Shown here: piece by piece, positions 1-10,114 of the stretch
How the letters are laid out: each line of letters opens with the position of its first letter
Position numbering within the stretch: position 1 is the first letter of the stretch
Assembly: GCA_048772705.1 (NCBI GenBank)
Contig: JBLWGC010000106.1
Span: 1-20,577 of the forward strand
Direction: 5' to 3'
Origin: Leidyana gryllorum EB-2025a
Taxonomy: Eukaryota > Protista > Apicomplexa
DNA: 20,577 bases
Notes under the pieces: model-generated
The model's database searches: none
The model's input: the letters and a program-made list of their open reading frames with translations, nothing else
What the model was told of the DNA's origin: nothing
Program-made: the position numbers and the translations under genes

Positions 1-604
1 CACAATAACTTGGCTGTCCACGGGCACCTCAGTCGGGAGTTCAGTGAAGTCTAGAGTGCAATCAGCAGCGAAAGTGGAATAATGAGAAGGTGTTTGCAAG
101 AGGTTGAAGAAGCTTTGTTTGCAGTCGGCAACGGTCATCTTGGTCGGATTCTTTGTTGTGACGAATTGAATCTCTGTAGGGTGATAGATCGTGCGAGAGA
201 GAGAGAGTGAGGAGAAACTTACGGGAAGCAGACCGGCCTTGCCCTTCGTAAAGGCACCATTCGAATCTAGCTTGACTATAGGCTTTCAGACAGGCCGTCT
301 CTTCGATGAAGAGTGTAAGATGGTCATATGTGCTATATTCAGAGGGAATAACCTTGTGACATTGGCAAGCGCCGTCTTGAGCTCCATATTGTTCGGAGTA
401 AGCCCAGAGCGGCATAGAACGTTGCACCTGCGTAGTCAGCTGCTGTCCATCTACCAGAAGATGGCTGGGGGCAGCTTCGGTCTGCTGGAACGTGTCAACA
501 ACACCGCTAACGGCGGGTTGTGTGGTCAGTTCCACAAGATCATCGCCGTGAACCAAAAAGACACTAGCGATAAGAGCGAGATGTTGTGATAGAAGCACAA
601 CCAT
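1..604 (-). CDS. Hypothetical secreted/surface protein, 3'-truncated by window start; exons 604-223 and 173-<1
   Basis: ATG at 604 is followed by a hydrophobic signal-like N-terminus (MVVLLSQHLALIASVFLVHG). A canonical 49-nt GTAAGT...CTACAG intron lies at 222-174. After splicing the frame reads ...GRSAS-QIQFVTTKNPTKMTVADCKQSFF...PVDSQVIV and stays open to base 1. No family recognised. Confidence 0.65.
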
Positions 605-867
605 CCCGATGATCTAACAATGAAACAAGTAGGAAGAACCTTTGGATATTGTGATACAAGAAAGATAGGAAAGATTGATCTCGACTCAGAAAACTTGTCC
701 GGTAAGTGGACGAATGAACTGTGATAGGACAAGAAAAGGCGGGCTTCTGCTGATTGCTTTGCTGCAAAACTTTGATTGCCAAAATTAGGTGACCTAATAA
801 CGTCGCAAACCGCGTCCCAAATTCGGTGTGGGGATCTACCCCAAGTTGCAGCGATAATAGGGTTGGG

Positions 868-3800
868 TTACACTAACAGAACAAATGGATATTCCTGATC
901 ACACCCAACATAGCTATCTGACATGAGGAAAAGCGACATGGTCAAGTCCCCTCCAGTCGATCCAATCACCGTTTGATCTAGATCCAACTTGGTCTTCACA
1001 ATCGATCTGCAATCACAAACCAGATGAGACAACCCCCAACCTTATACACCACTTACTTATTGAGAATGACACGTTTGATTCCAGCTACCTTTCCTGTCGC
1101 GACATCGCCCACCACCAGCCACCACTGCTCCGACTTGGCCACGGGGAAGTGTGGACAGATCACATTTGGCAGAACCGACCCATCCATTCCGTCCATTTCT
1201 CGTTTGATCGTCACCTCGACTGCCACCGTAACATTACTGTCAGCAGCTCCCTCTTCCTCCTTGGCTCTCAGTCCCTTGTAGAAAACAGCTTTGCCGAGAT
1301 CGACGGGATTACTCAGTGTCTCGGGAGGGGTCCAATTAGGTACGCCATCACCCATCTCGGTACTGATCGGTTCCCATAACTGATCGTTCCGAACAATGTT
1401 GAAGTCCAATTCGAGAACGGGATAGTTGTTTACTGCCTCTGCCAGACTCTCAATCTTATCTTCGGTCCATCCGAGAGTCTCGAACAGTTTGTCGCGAGTC
1501 TCATCTTCCACAGCAGATATATCGAAGACCTCTTTTATGCCAAGTTTGGCTGCTTCTGTCACGAAGGTCTCGTCCACTTGCGGCAACTGCCACAAGGAGC
1601 TCTTGTTCGGCATGGTGGCTTGAACGAGCATTTGACTCAGCTCCATCGCAGCCAACGAAGGTATCAGCCAGCCGTTACTGGCAGTGACATCGACCAAACC
1701 TTGACACAGCCTGTGACCGACCACAACGAGATCAGAAAGATCTTGTTGCAGATCGGGCGTCAGAGGCTCTCTCTTGAAGTGAGCGCTCAATAAAATGAGA
1801 GCCTTGAGATGCGGGTCAGAGTAATCAGGAGACGTCGCGGCCAACTGTAAGGCGACAAATAGTTTCTTCAATACCACATCTTCCCCCGATCGGATCTGCA
1901 ACCTGTCTCCAATCTCCCGAGCAGCGACCAACGTCGTCAAGAGAGACAAGTGTCGACTGGTGGCAGTGACGAGCTTGTTGTATATTTCGACGGTGGCATA
2001 TTGGAGGTAATAGAAAGCGGCGATCAATCCCAGATTGAGTGGTAACAACTCCAACTCGTCCTTGATGGCAATGCATGAGGCTTGAGCCAAACTGTCGGTC
2101 GTCGTCTCGATCAGCTCAGAGAGATAATCGGATATTAGTTCAGGAGTTGCCCTCTTGAGACCATAAAAGTTCGGATTCTTTGTCAGACGACGGTAGTGGA
2201 ACGTCCAAGTGATCCAATCCAATGCGTCTTGTTTTGTCGTCACCGTCCCGGTAACAATCTCAGCCAACAAATGATCAGCCAAACCCAAATCCAAGTTGGA
2301 TTCGAGGGGGATAGCGTCTTTGATGAATCGCTTGAACTCCTCGCGTTTCGAACTTCGGCAAAAGAGGATCACTTGACATCCAGTCTGATTGTCCGCTTCC
2401 GGTCGACCCGCGTGTCCTAAGAACTGCATAATCGAGTTCACCGAATAATGGGTCCAACGCCGTTTCTTCAAATCCCACAACTCGGTATCCTGAATGAAAA
2501 CCAAATGGGAGTTCTCGTGGAAACTCCACGAGACACTGCAAGTGATCACACAAACTTGGATCATCCCTCTCGCAAACAACCGTTCGACCAAATTCCGTTC
2601 CTCTATCCTCATACCCTCATGGATTATACCGATCCCATGCAGCAAAGCCTCTCTCAGAATGCGTTCTCTGAAAGGTGTAGAGCTCCCCATCTTCGCCTCC
2701 AAGGCCACAATCTCCGCTTCCACTTCTTGACGAGACGCCAGTAAACAGCGAGTGGGTTTATTCTCAGCCGCGAAGTACAGTAGAATCTCCAGTACCGCCA
2801 TTCGAGCCTCACGACGTTCGGGTGATATAACTATCACCGGTTTCCCGTGTTGACGGCGAATGGCATGGCACAGAGGCTGGTAGATGGCCAACAGTCGGGC
2901 CTGGCGATCCGCCAAATCCACACGATTTATTGACAACTCCAGTGGGACGGTACGAACGCTGGGATGGAAGTTGAAGAGACCTTTGCTGGTTACGCCCATC
3001 CAATCGGCGACATCTTTCGCGTCAGCGATTGACGTAGCGATTCCGACCAATCGGCAGGAGAGGTTTTGCGACGAGCTGATGTAACGGGCTCTCGAAACAC
3101 ACACTTCCAGAGTGGACCCGATCAGAGGATCGCTCAGCAGTTGCAAATAATCGATAATCATCAGCTTGACTTTCTTCACCACCGATCGAGTCTTCCAACG
3201 GCGGGAGACGGCGTCCCAGTTATCTGGAGTCGAGATGACAATGTGTGAACGAGCCAATATCTTCAAGTCTGCATGGAGATCTCCTCCCAACATTGACACT
3301 GTCAGGTTCAATTGGTCCCCAAATCTCTGTTTCCAAAAGTTGCACTTGGAGACGGCAATATCTTGGAAAGGAGCAATGTAAACACAAAGTGGGACTTCCT
3401 CGTTCCTCAGCATCCGAAGAATAGCAAACTCGGCACACACTGTCCGCCCAGAACTCGGAGGGGCACATATCAGTATGTTCTCATTGCTGAAGTACACTGC
3501 CCCAAACACCTGAGTTTGGATAGCATTGAATGCCTTTGTTTGCTGAAACTCAGGCAGATTGGCGTACAGCTTATTCTCAGCTTCAGGGAAGTTAAGAGAC
3601 GTTATCGGCAGAGGTTTGAGCCCCAGAAGCTCAGTTGCTGGCGGATTTTTGGCTGGTAAGACCAAATCCTTGAAGCTGACGGCAATGGTGGTCTCGGCTC
3701 CAATCCAACGGTCGCTGACCACCCGAATGAAATAGTGGGGCGAAGGCGGAGAGTCCACCGGAACAGTGAAAGTGAGAGTTGTCTCGATGTTCATCCGATG

Positions 3801-6800
3801 TTTGTTGAGGGCGAATTGGTCGTAATGTAACAACTTCTCGCCATCGACGTTCTCTACGAACACCCACCAGACTTCGTTGAGACTGTGCGATTTGGAACTC
3901 CACTCAAAGTCGGGCGTTATGGTCAACTCGAATTGTAGAATCGAAGGGGTTATCGGCTGCACAAAGGCAACGACTTCCACCTTGGGGAATTGATGCACCA
4001 ACTTGTACAGTTTCTTGCCCAGCTGAGGATTCTTCACCAGTTCTCCGAGCTCAGCAACGGTCAAATCAGCGTAACGGTCAAAGGCAAAGTCTCTTCTTTC
4101 AATCCGCTTGATGTCTTCAGGACTGAGACTCTTTGCAAACTGTCGGAGGGGTGTCATGGTACTCCACATTCGACGATCGACCACTTTACTGTACAGCAAT
4201 GCCAGTCGAGCCGGGACAGCCCATCCGCGTCTGAGAGCAATCTCAAAGATTGACCGCATTATACGGCCGGCATTCTGTTCCACAAGCGTCATGTCGGCTT
4301 GGAGGGCGTATCCATCCAGCCGCAACCCACTGATGAAACTCTGCAACAGCACATTGATCTTTGTGGCCGGCTCGGACAACTGCCCCTTGACAGGGATAGG
4401 GACGCGCTCGACCACCCGTGCCAATTCCGTCTTCTCTTCGGGTCTTACAGGGACTAATGCGAACTCTGATACCAATGAGAAGAGTCTGAAGAGCTCAATA
4501 TCGGTCAGATGAGGAGTCAACCCGTTGTTCAAGACGGCCACAGTGGGGTATTTGAGATAATAGTGAGACGCAGCGCGTCCGAGGGCGGTGGTGTGGATGG
4601 CTCCCGTGCGTTTGTCATAGTGAATGAGTCGATGAGTGTCCAAAATGACCAATGCCGCGTGACACAAATCAACTCTTCTTTGCAGAAGCGACGGGTCGGC
4701 CTCGACCTCCTCCACCGTGAGACCATAGAGGGTTGGGTTGCGAATCATTCGCACAAAGAGGTAAGTGTAGGTCAACCATTTGACAGCATCGCGACGGTGA
4801 CGAACCGATCCCAGAACGATTTCAGCATTCAGCAGATCGGGCAAATGAGCGATCATTTGAGACTCGATTGGCAATTGCTGATTGGTGAGGGAAATGTAAT
4901 ACTGTAGTTGACTGTGTTGTGTAAGAATTATGCCGTGACCTTCAGTGTCGTACTGAGGTCGACCACCACGACCCATCATTTGGACGACATCCAGAGGTGG
5001 TAACTCTGTCCATTTACCCAAATCAGGGGAATAAACTTGAGTCCCTTTGATGATGACGGTGTGGGCCGGAAGGTTGACACCCCAAGCCAGCGTGGCTGTC
5101 GACACCAACACTTGGAGGTGGCGATCGGCGAACAAATCCTCGATCAACTTGCGATCACGACGTTGCATACCGGCGTGATGGACTCCGAATCCGAAGGGCA
5201 GGACGTCTTGGACTTCCGGGTTTTTGAGTTTATCCTTCTCATCGTTGAGAATCTCTTTACTCGCCGAACCCTCTTCGAAGAATTTGACCAAAGTTCCTTC
5301 TTCCAGAGCCTTATCTCTCAGATATTTAGCCGTTCTGACCGTCTCTTTTCGAGAGTGGACGAAGACCAACACTTGTTTCCGGCCTGCGTATTCCAACACC
5401 TTTTCGTAACAGAGATCATTCAACATGTTATAGCGCTTCAACGCCTTCTTGGTGCGGATACCCACGAACGTTTGACGCAGAGGGACGGGACGGTACTGAC
5501 TCCCAAAGACAAAGAGGCCGGAATCCATGGGAACCCTCATGAAGATCGCAACATCTTTGTAGTTGGGAAGCGTGGCCGAGAGACCAACGAGTCGAACGCT
5601 CCGCTGTGTCACAGCAGACTGTCGAAGAGCCCGAGCTATGAGTGCCTCGAGAACGGGGCCACGATTGTCGTGCAACAAATGAACCTCATCGAAGATCATC
5701 AGCTGAACGAGTTGTGTGTAAGTGCGTTCTCCAGCTTTGCGGGTGATGACATCCCATTTTTCAGGAGTGGTTACGATGATTTGAGTTTCGGCAATTTGCT
5801 TTTGACTTAAGCCAATATCACCGGTCAACTCTGCGACTTTGATTCCAGCGTTGAGATGATCTAAACGTTTCTGGAAAGCGGCGACTTGTTCCGCGACCAG
5901 AGCCTTCATGGGGGACACGTAGATGATCTTGAAGGCGGAAAGATCAATTTGAACGCCTCCTTTGTCTTGGATTTTGGCGTATTTGTTCATGAGGCCGAGA
6001 ATGGAGAGCATAGCAACATTGGTCTTGCCGGCTCCAGTGGGGGCGCAGATCAGCATGTTGGTGTCTCCCTTGTTGTAGGCACAGTCAAACACTTTGCTCT
6101 GCACGAGATTGAGAGTGTCGACTCCGACGGCAGTGAAACACGGCTGTGCCCACTGCGGTAGGCACTCTGCGATACGCAGAGTTTCTCCTTGGAGGATGTG
6201 AGTACCCGGTATGGGAGGCGGAATGTCTATCTCATCATAGTTGGCGTCTCCTCGACGTTCAGTTCCTTCTGGGAGCTGCACGTCTGTCACACCCACGAAC
6301 TTTTGTTCGGGAGGGAAAGCAAAGTCTTGGAGATTAACGAGTTTTGAGGGCTGGCGGGCTTCTTCTTCTTTTTCTTGGTCTGAACTATCGGACTCCGCAT
6401 TGTTGCCTTGAGCGCCAAATTGGGATTCCTCCTCCCCTTCGTCGCCATCAGCAGCATTATTCTGTCGTCGCGGCCCGCTGCCGGACGACACGAGGGCTTC
6501 TGCTTCTTTTCGGAGTGAACGAGCAAAGTCTTGTTCTCGATTTCGACGTGCGTTTTGTGCGTCGAGTTCCTCAAGCACGGAGAGGCCGCCGGGAGTGGCG
6601 GACATTTTACGTTTGAGATCGTTCTTCTCCTCTTCGGTTTGCGCTTGGCCGAGAAGTGTCATGTAAAGGATTCGGTGGTGATTTTGAGTGAGAGTTTGGA
6701 CGAATTTGAAGTTTTCGAACTCGAGAATCTTGACCAAACGATTCTCTACAGAATTAACATCAGGATCGGCCAGTTCGGACAGAATCTCCTTTTCAACCGC

Positions 6801-7824
6801 AATCAACTTGTCGGGGTCACTTTTGACAAAGTCCAAATCCCTGAGCTTCCTTTGGAGCCAATGAGGGCCAATATCGTTAACTGTAAGATGCTCAACAGTC
6901 TGACCGCTGTGATCATCCCCTTTGCGAGCTGCTGTCTCGTCGTCATCCTGATCGGAGTCACCTTCTTCCTCAGAGTTATCCTCGGAGTTCTCCTCGTCCT
7001 CTGCCAAAAGACGGTCATAGTCGCGTTCCTCGTCATCGTCCTCGTCCCAGATGACGGCTACTCCATGTGAACGTTCGAGCTCATCGCTTGCATCCGGACG
7101 CGCCGATGGACCGCCAGCGTCCTCATTGACATTGAAATCCGTGACTTGTTTACTTAATTGCAGACATTTGCTGAAGCCAGCCTCATCCATGTCAGGCACA
7201 CATTCTTTGCAGGCCTTTAGCCGCTCACGATCGTCAACTCCTTCGGTTTTGCATATTCTCAACACCTCTTCCCCAGCCTCTGCCAGGACATCGCGTGGCT
7301 GGTCGCCCATTGACTTTTGAATCAGACCCAACAACTGCTCCCAAACGACTCGATTCGCCTCGCTGGTCGGCAGATAGTTACCGTCTCCCCCCGCAGCTGC
7401 GCTCAAGTCTCCTCGCATCATGGCCTGAACGTCGAGGTTGCCTCCACCCACGCCTGTCTTCTCCAATATATTCTGTAAGCGACGCATCTTTCGTGCCTTC
7501 TTGGCCGTGCGCCTATCCACATCTGCAATAAGTGTCTCTTTAACAGCTGCAACACACCAAAGACATACCTGCCAGGACATTGACACCTCCCTCGTCATCC
7601 GCGGCGGCCCGTTTGCGGCCGGCTTGGCCTTCCTGCTCGATGAGCTCCGGGGTGGGCCTTGAATGTTGGGCACGATCACCCATGGGGCCGGTAATACGGC
7701 CCGCTAGGGTTTCTGGCTCTCCAGTTGGTTCATTCTGTTGAGGCCCAGGGCCTTCCCTCTGCAATACTAGGTTACTGTTCTCCCTGTATTCGAACCTCCT
7801 GAACTTCTGCCATACCTCAGCCAT
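868..7824 (-). CDS. BRR2: U5 snRNP 200 kDa Ski2-like RNA helicase (Brr2/SNRNP200); exons 7824-7569, 7522-1057, 1006-868; about 2286 aa
   Basis: Conserved N-terminus (FEYRENSNLVL...EPTGEPETL), APTGAGKT, DEVH, SATLPN, QMMGRGGRPQYD, a Sec63 domain, a second helicase cassette and Sec63. Introns are 7568-7523 (46 nt, GTATGT..GCAG) and 1056-1007 (50 nt, GTAAGT..GCAG). Splicing restores the conserved C-terminal LMSDSYVGCDQEY motif. Confidence 0.97.
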
Positions 7825-7850
7825 TCTTCTACCCACAAATTTTTAGTCGG
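7825..7850. promoter_or_regulatory. 26-bp divergent intergenic region, candidate minimal bidirectional promoter
   Basis: TCTTCTACCCACAAATTTTTAGTCGG separates the BRR2 ATG (7824, -) from the DNAJC21 ATG (7851, +). It has a central AAATTT palindrome (7837-7842) and TAG-N4-ATG on both strands. Function is inferred from position only. Confidence 0.55.
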
Positions 7851-9548
7851 ATGACTCGCAGGACTTGCTTCTACGAGCTCCTTCAATGTAGCCAAAAGGC
7901 AGACCAAGATGAGATCAAGAAGGCATTTCGGAAACAGGCCCTCATATGGCACCCGGACAAAAACGCAGATAATGTCGAAGCCGCTGTCCGCCGCTTCCAA
8001 CTGATACAGGAAGCCTACGAGTGTTTATCAAACCCTATGGAACGTGCCTGGTATGATGGCCATCGAGACGAGATCCTCGGTGGAGGACTCTCTTCATCAA
8101 CCTCACAAAATGGAGAGGTCGAAGTTTGGTCATTCTTCTCCCGCGAGGCTTTCGATCGATATGACGATAGCCCTAACGGCTTTTTCACTGTTTACAGTGA
8201 GCTCTTTGCTCGAATAAATGCTGAGGAGATGGCCTGGGCTGATGACCCGCGCCCACGAGAACCTTTTGGCAACAGCAAATCGCCATGGGAGGTCACTAAC
8301 GCTTTCTATCGCCGCTGGGCAGACTTCTCCACATGTGCGCCCTTCTCGCACTACAGTGAATGGAAACTCTCAGACGCTCCAAACCGTGACATACGGCGCA
8401 TTATGGAGGCGGAAAATAAGAAAGCTATCTCCAAAGCCAAGAAAGAGTACAATGAGAGAGTGCGACGCTTAGTCACCGTCGTCAAACGACGCGATCCCCG
8501 TATCGCCGCAAAGCAGAAAGAGACTGCCCTCAAAGCAGTCGAAGCTGCTGAGAAGGCGGAAGCCGAACGCCTCCGACAGCAGGAAGAATTTGCCAAAGCG
8601 CGCGAAGCCGCCAGAAAGGCTGAGCTCGAGCGAGCTGAAGAGTACAGACGTCAACGCGAGGAACTCAAACTTGCAGGTCAGGCCTTCGACGAGAGCGATG
8701 CGGACGACAAAAGCGATGCTGAGGAGTCTACTGAGGCGTTCAGATGCGACCCGTGTCGGAAAAGTTTCAAATCCGAACAGCAGCTTGCGGCTCACTGCCA
8801 ATCCAAGAAGCACCTGCAAACTTGTCGGAAAATGGGTATAAAGTTTATGCCGCCTCCTCCGAAACCGGCTAAGCCGAAACCTGCGGTGGTGAAGGCTGAG
8901 GCAGCGGAGACTGACGAGATGGAATCTGAGGATAAACAAGTCGACAACGAGGAGACGGCACTCGCGGAGACAGCACCTGCGGAGACGGCACCCGCGGAGA
9001 CGGCACCTGCGGAGACGGCACCCACACCGAACGCTTACCACGAGAGCGACTCGGAGGAGGCGTCTCCTCGTTCGTCGTCTTCATCGGCGTCGTCTTCTTC
9101 ATCGGACTCGTCTTCTTCGCCTGAGTCCCGGCGGTCGTTTGTGTCGAGATCTTCGTCAGTGAGCAGCGAGGATCTGGGCCGGCTGCTCAAGAAGAAGTCT
9201 CCTGTGGGACGGGCCAAGGTGAAAGCAAAGGCGAAGGCAAAGGCAAAGGCGACAGCCAAGGTGGCCCAGACAGAGGCGGGGAGCGGAAAGTTGGGCGAAG
9301 ACTCCAAGTCAATTGGAGAGACGGCGGCGGATGGCGAAGGTGGCGGTGTTGGAGAGGGAGAAGGGGAAGGGAAAAAGAAGAGGCGCAGGGCAGCTGTAAA
9401 GAAGGGAGTTGTTGAGTTTCGATGTTTGGTTTGCAATGAGGTGTTCGACACGCGCAATAAATTGTTCCGTCACGTAGAGAAAGAGGGGCACGCCGCGTTC
9501 CGAGACGTGGTCGCAAAGGCAGGCGGGGGAAAAAAAGGAAAACGCTGA
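7851..9548 (+). CDS. DNAJC21: DnaJ co-chaperone of the DNAJC21/Jjj1 type (60S ribosome maturation), 565 aa, no intron needed
   Basis: N-terminal J domain with WHPDKN and ERAWYD, a zuotin-like region (APNRDIRRIMEAENKK...KRRDPR), and two C2H2 zinc fingers (CDPC..H...KKH; CLVC...RNKLFRH..EGHA). Confidence 0.93.
   Translation: MTRRTCFYELLQCSQKADQDEIKKAFRKQALIWHPDKNADNVEAAVRRFQLIQEAYECLSNPMERAWYDGHRDEILGGGLSSSTSQNGEVEVWSFFSREAFDRYDDSPNGFFTVYSELFARINAEEMAWADDPRPREPFGNSKSPWEVTNAFYRRWADFSTCAPFSHYSEWKLSDAPNRDIRRIMEAENKKAISKAKKEYNERVRRLVTVVKRRDPRIAAKQKETALKAVEAAEKAEAERLRQQEEFAKAREAARKAELERAEEYRRQREELKLAGQAFDESDADDKSDAEESTEAFRCDPCRKSFKSEQQLAAHCQSKKHLQTCRKMGIKFMPPPPKPAKPKPAVVKAEAAETDEMESEDKQVDNEETALAETAPAETAPAETAPAETAPTPNAYHESDSEEASPRSSSSSASSSSSDSSSSPESRRSFVSRSSSVSSEDLGRLLKKKSPVGRAKVKAKAKAKAKATAKVAQTEAGSGKLGEDSKSIGETAADGEGGGVGEGEGEGKKKRRRAAVKKGVVEFRCLVCNEVFDTRNKLFRHVEKEGHAAFRDVVAKAGGGKKGKR
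8951..9023 (+). repeat. Coding 15-bp minisatellite, about 5 copies of GGAGACGGCACCTGC, encoding (AETAP)n
   Basis: Units start at 8951, 8966, 8981, 8996 and 9011, with mostly synonymous differences. Confidence 0.9.
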
Positions 9549-9600
9549 GTGATTTAGAGACTGGTTGGCTCTTTGTATATATATATATTGTTTATTAGAG

Positions 9601-9930
9601 ATGGTACACTATCCGGACGAACCTGTTTACTCTGAGAAGTACTGTGACAACTGTTTTGAGTACCGTCATGTGATTCTGACTCGAGGGATGGCGCATGAAG
9701 TAAAGACTCTGGTTGCGAAGAGGCCTAACGAGTTGTTGACGGAAGCCGACTGGCGTGGGCTCGGAGTACAGCAGAGTCGCGGATGGCAGCACTACCTGTA
9801 TCATCGTCCTGAGCCGCACGTATTGATGTTTAGACGACCTATTGGCACTGACCCGACAACGGGCAAGCCCCCCAAGGACTGGCAGATGCCGAAAGACGGG
9901 CGTGGAACAGTTCCATTGGACAGTAGTTAG
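9601..9930 (+). CDS. CKS1: Cyclin-dependent kinase regulatory subunit (CKS/Suc1), 109 aa
   Basis: YSEKY.D..FEYRHVIL, LLTEADWRGLGVQQSRGWQHY and HRPEPHVLMFRRP motifs. ATG 9601 is preferred over the TTG at 9565 called by the ORF track. Confidence 0.96.
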   Translation: MVHYPDEPVYSEKYCDNCFEYRHVILTRGMAHEVKTLVAKRPNELLTEADWRGLGVQQSRGWQHYLYHRPEPHVLMFRRPIGTDPTTGKPPKDWQMPKDGRGTVPLDSS

Positions 9931-9934
9931 AGAC

Positions 9935-9973
9935 GTTGTTGTTGTTGATTGGTGTGTTGTTGTTGTTGATTGG
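9935..9973. repeat. Duplicated 18-mer GTTGTTGTTGTTGATTGG between the convergent CKS and PABP 3' ends
   Basis: Identical copies at 9935-9952 and 9956-9973. Confidence 0.85.
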
Positions 9974-10114
9974 ATTGACACTGACTATTCTACCTATTCT
10001 TGAGAAGAGATAGATCAATGACAATGTCATTGCTCAGTGGCGGGCAGTGTGAGTTTTGCACAGGTATTACTCTCTCTTTTTCCTTTCCGAAACCGCCACT
10101 ACGTAACAGCATGT

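Noticed and set aside
191-589. 132-aa + strand ORF
   Set aside because: It starts at GTG within the GA repeat of the minus-strand intron and is antisense to a better-supported spliced gene.
5037-5810. 257-aa antisense ORF (also 6531-7070, 10037-10867, 11226-11858, 16993-17781)
   Set aside because: Shadow ORFs opposite conserved genes, with non-ATG starts or no recognisable motifs; expected from codon bias and GC content.
7547-7568. Alternative 22-nt micro-intron in BRR2 (GTATGT...GTTGCAG), also in frame
   Set aside because: Much shorter than every other intron in the window (minimum 40 nt); unsupported without reads.
7569-7679. ORF-track N-terminus of the 2208-aa ORF (MIVPNIQG...)
   Set aside because: Wrong frame; the conserved Brr2 N-terminus is in the frame starting at 7824 and joins via the 46-nt intron.
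8951-9023. Regular repeats as a CRISPR array
   Set aside because: Contiguous 15-bp coding repeats with no spacers, in a eukaryotic gene.
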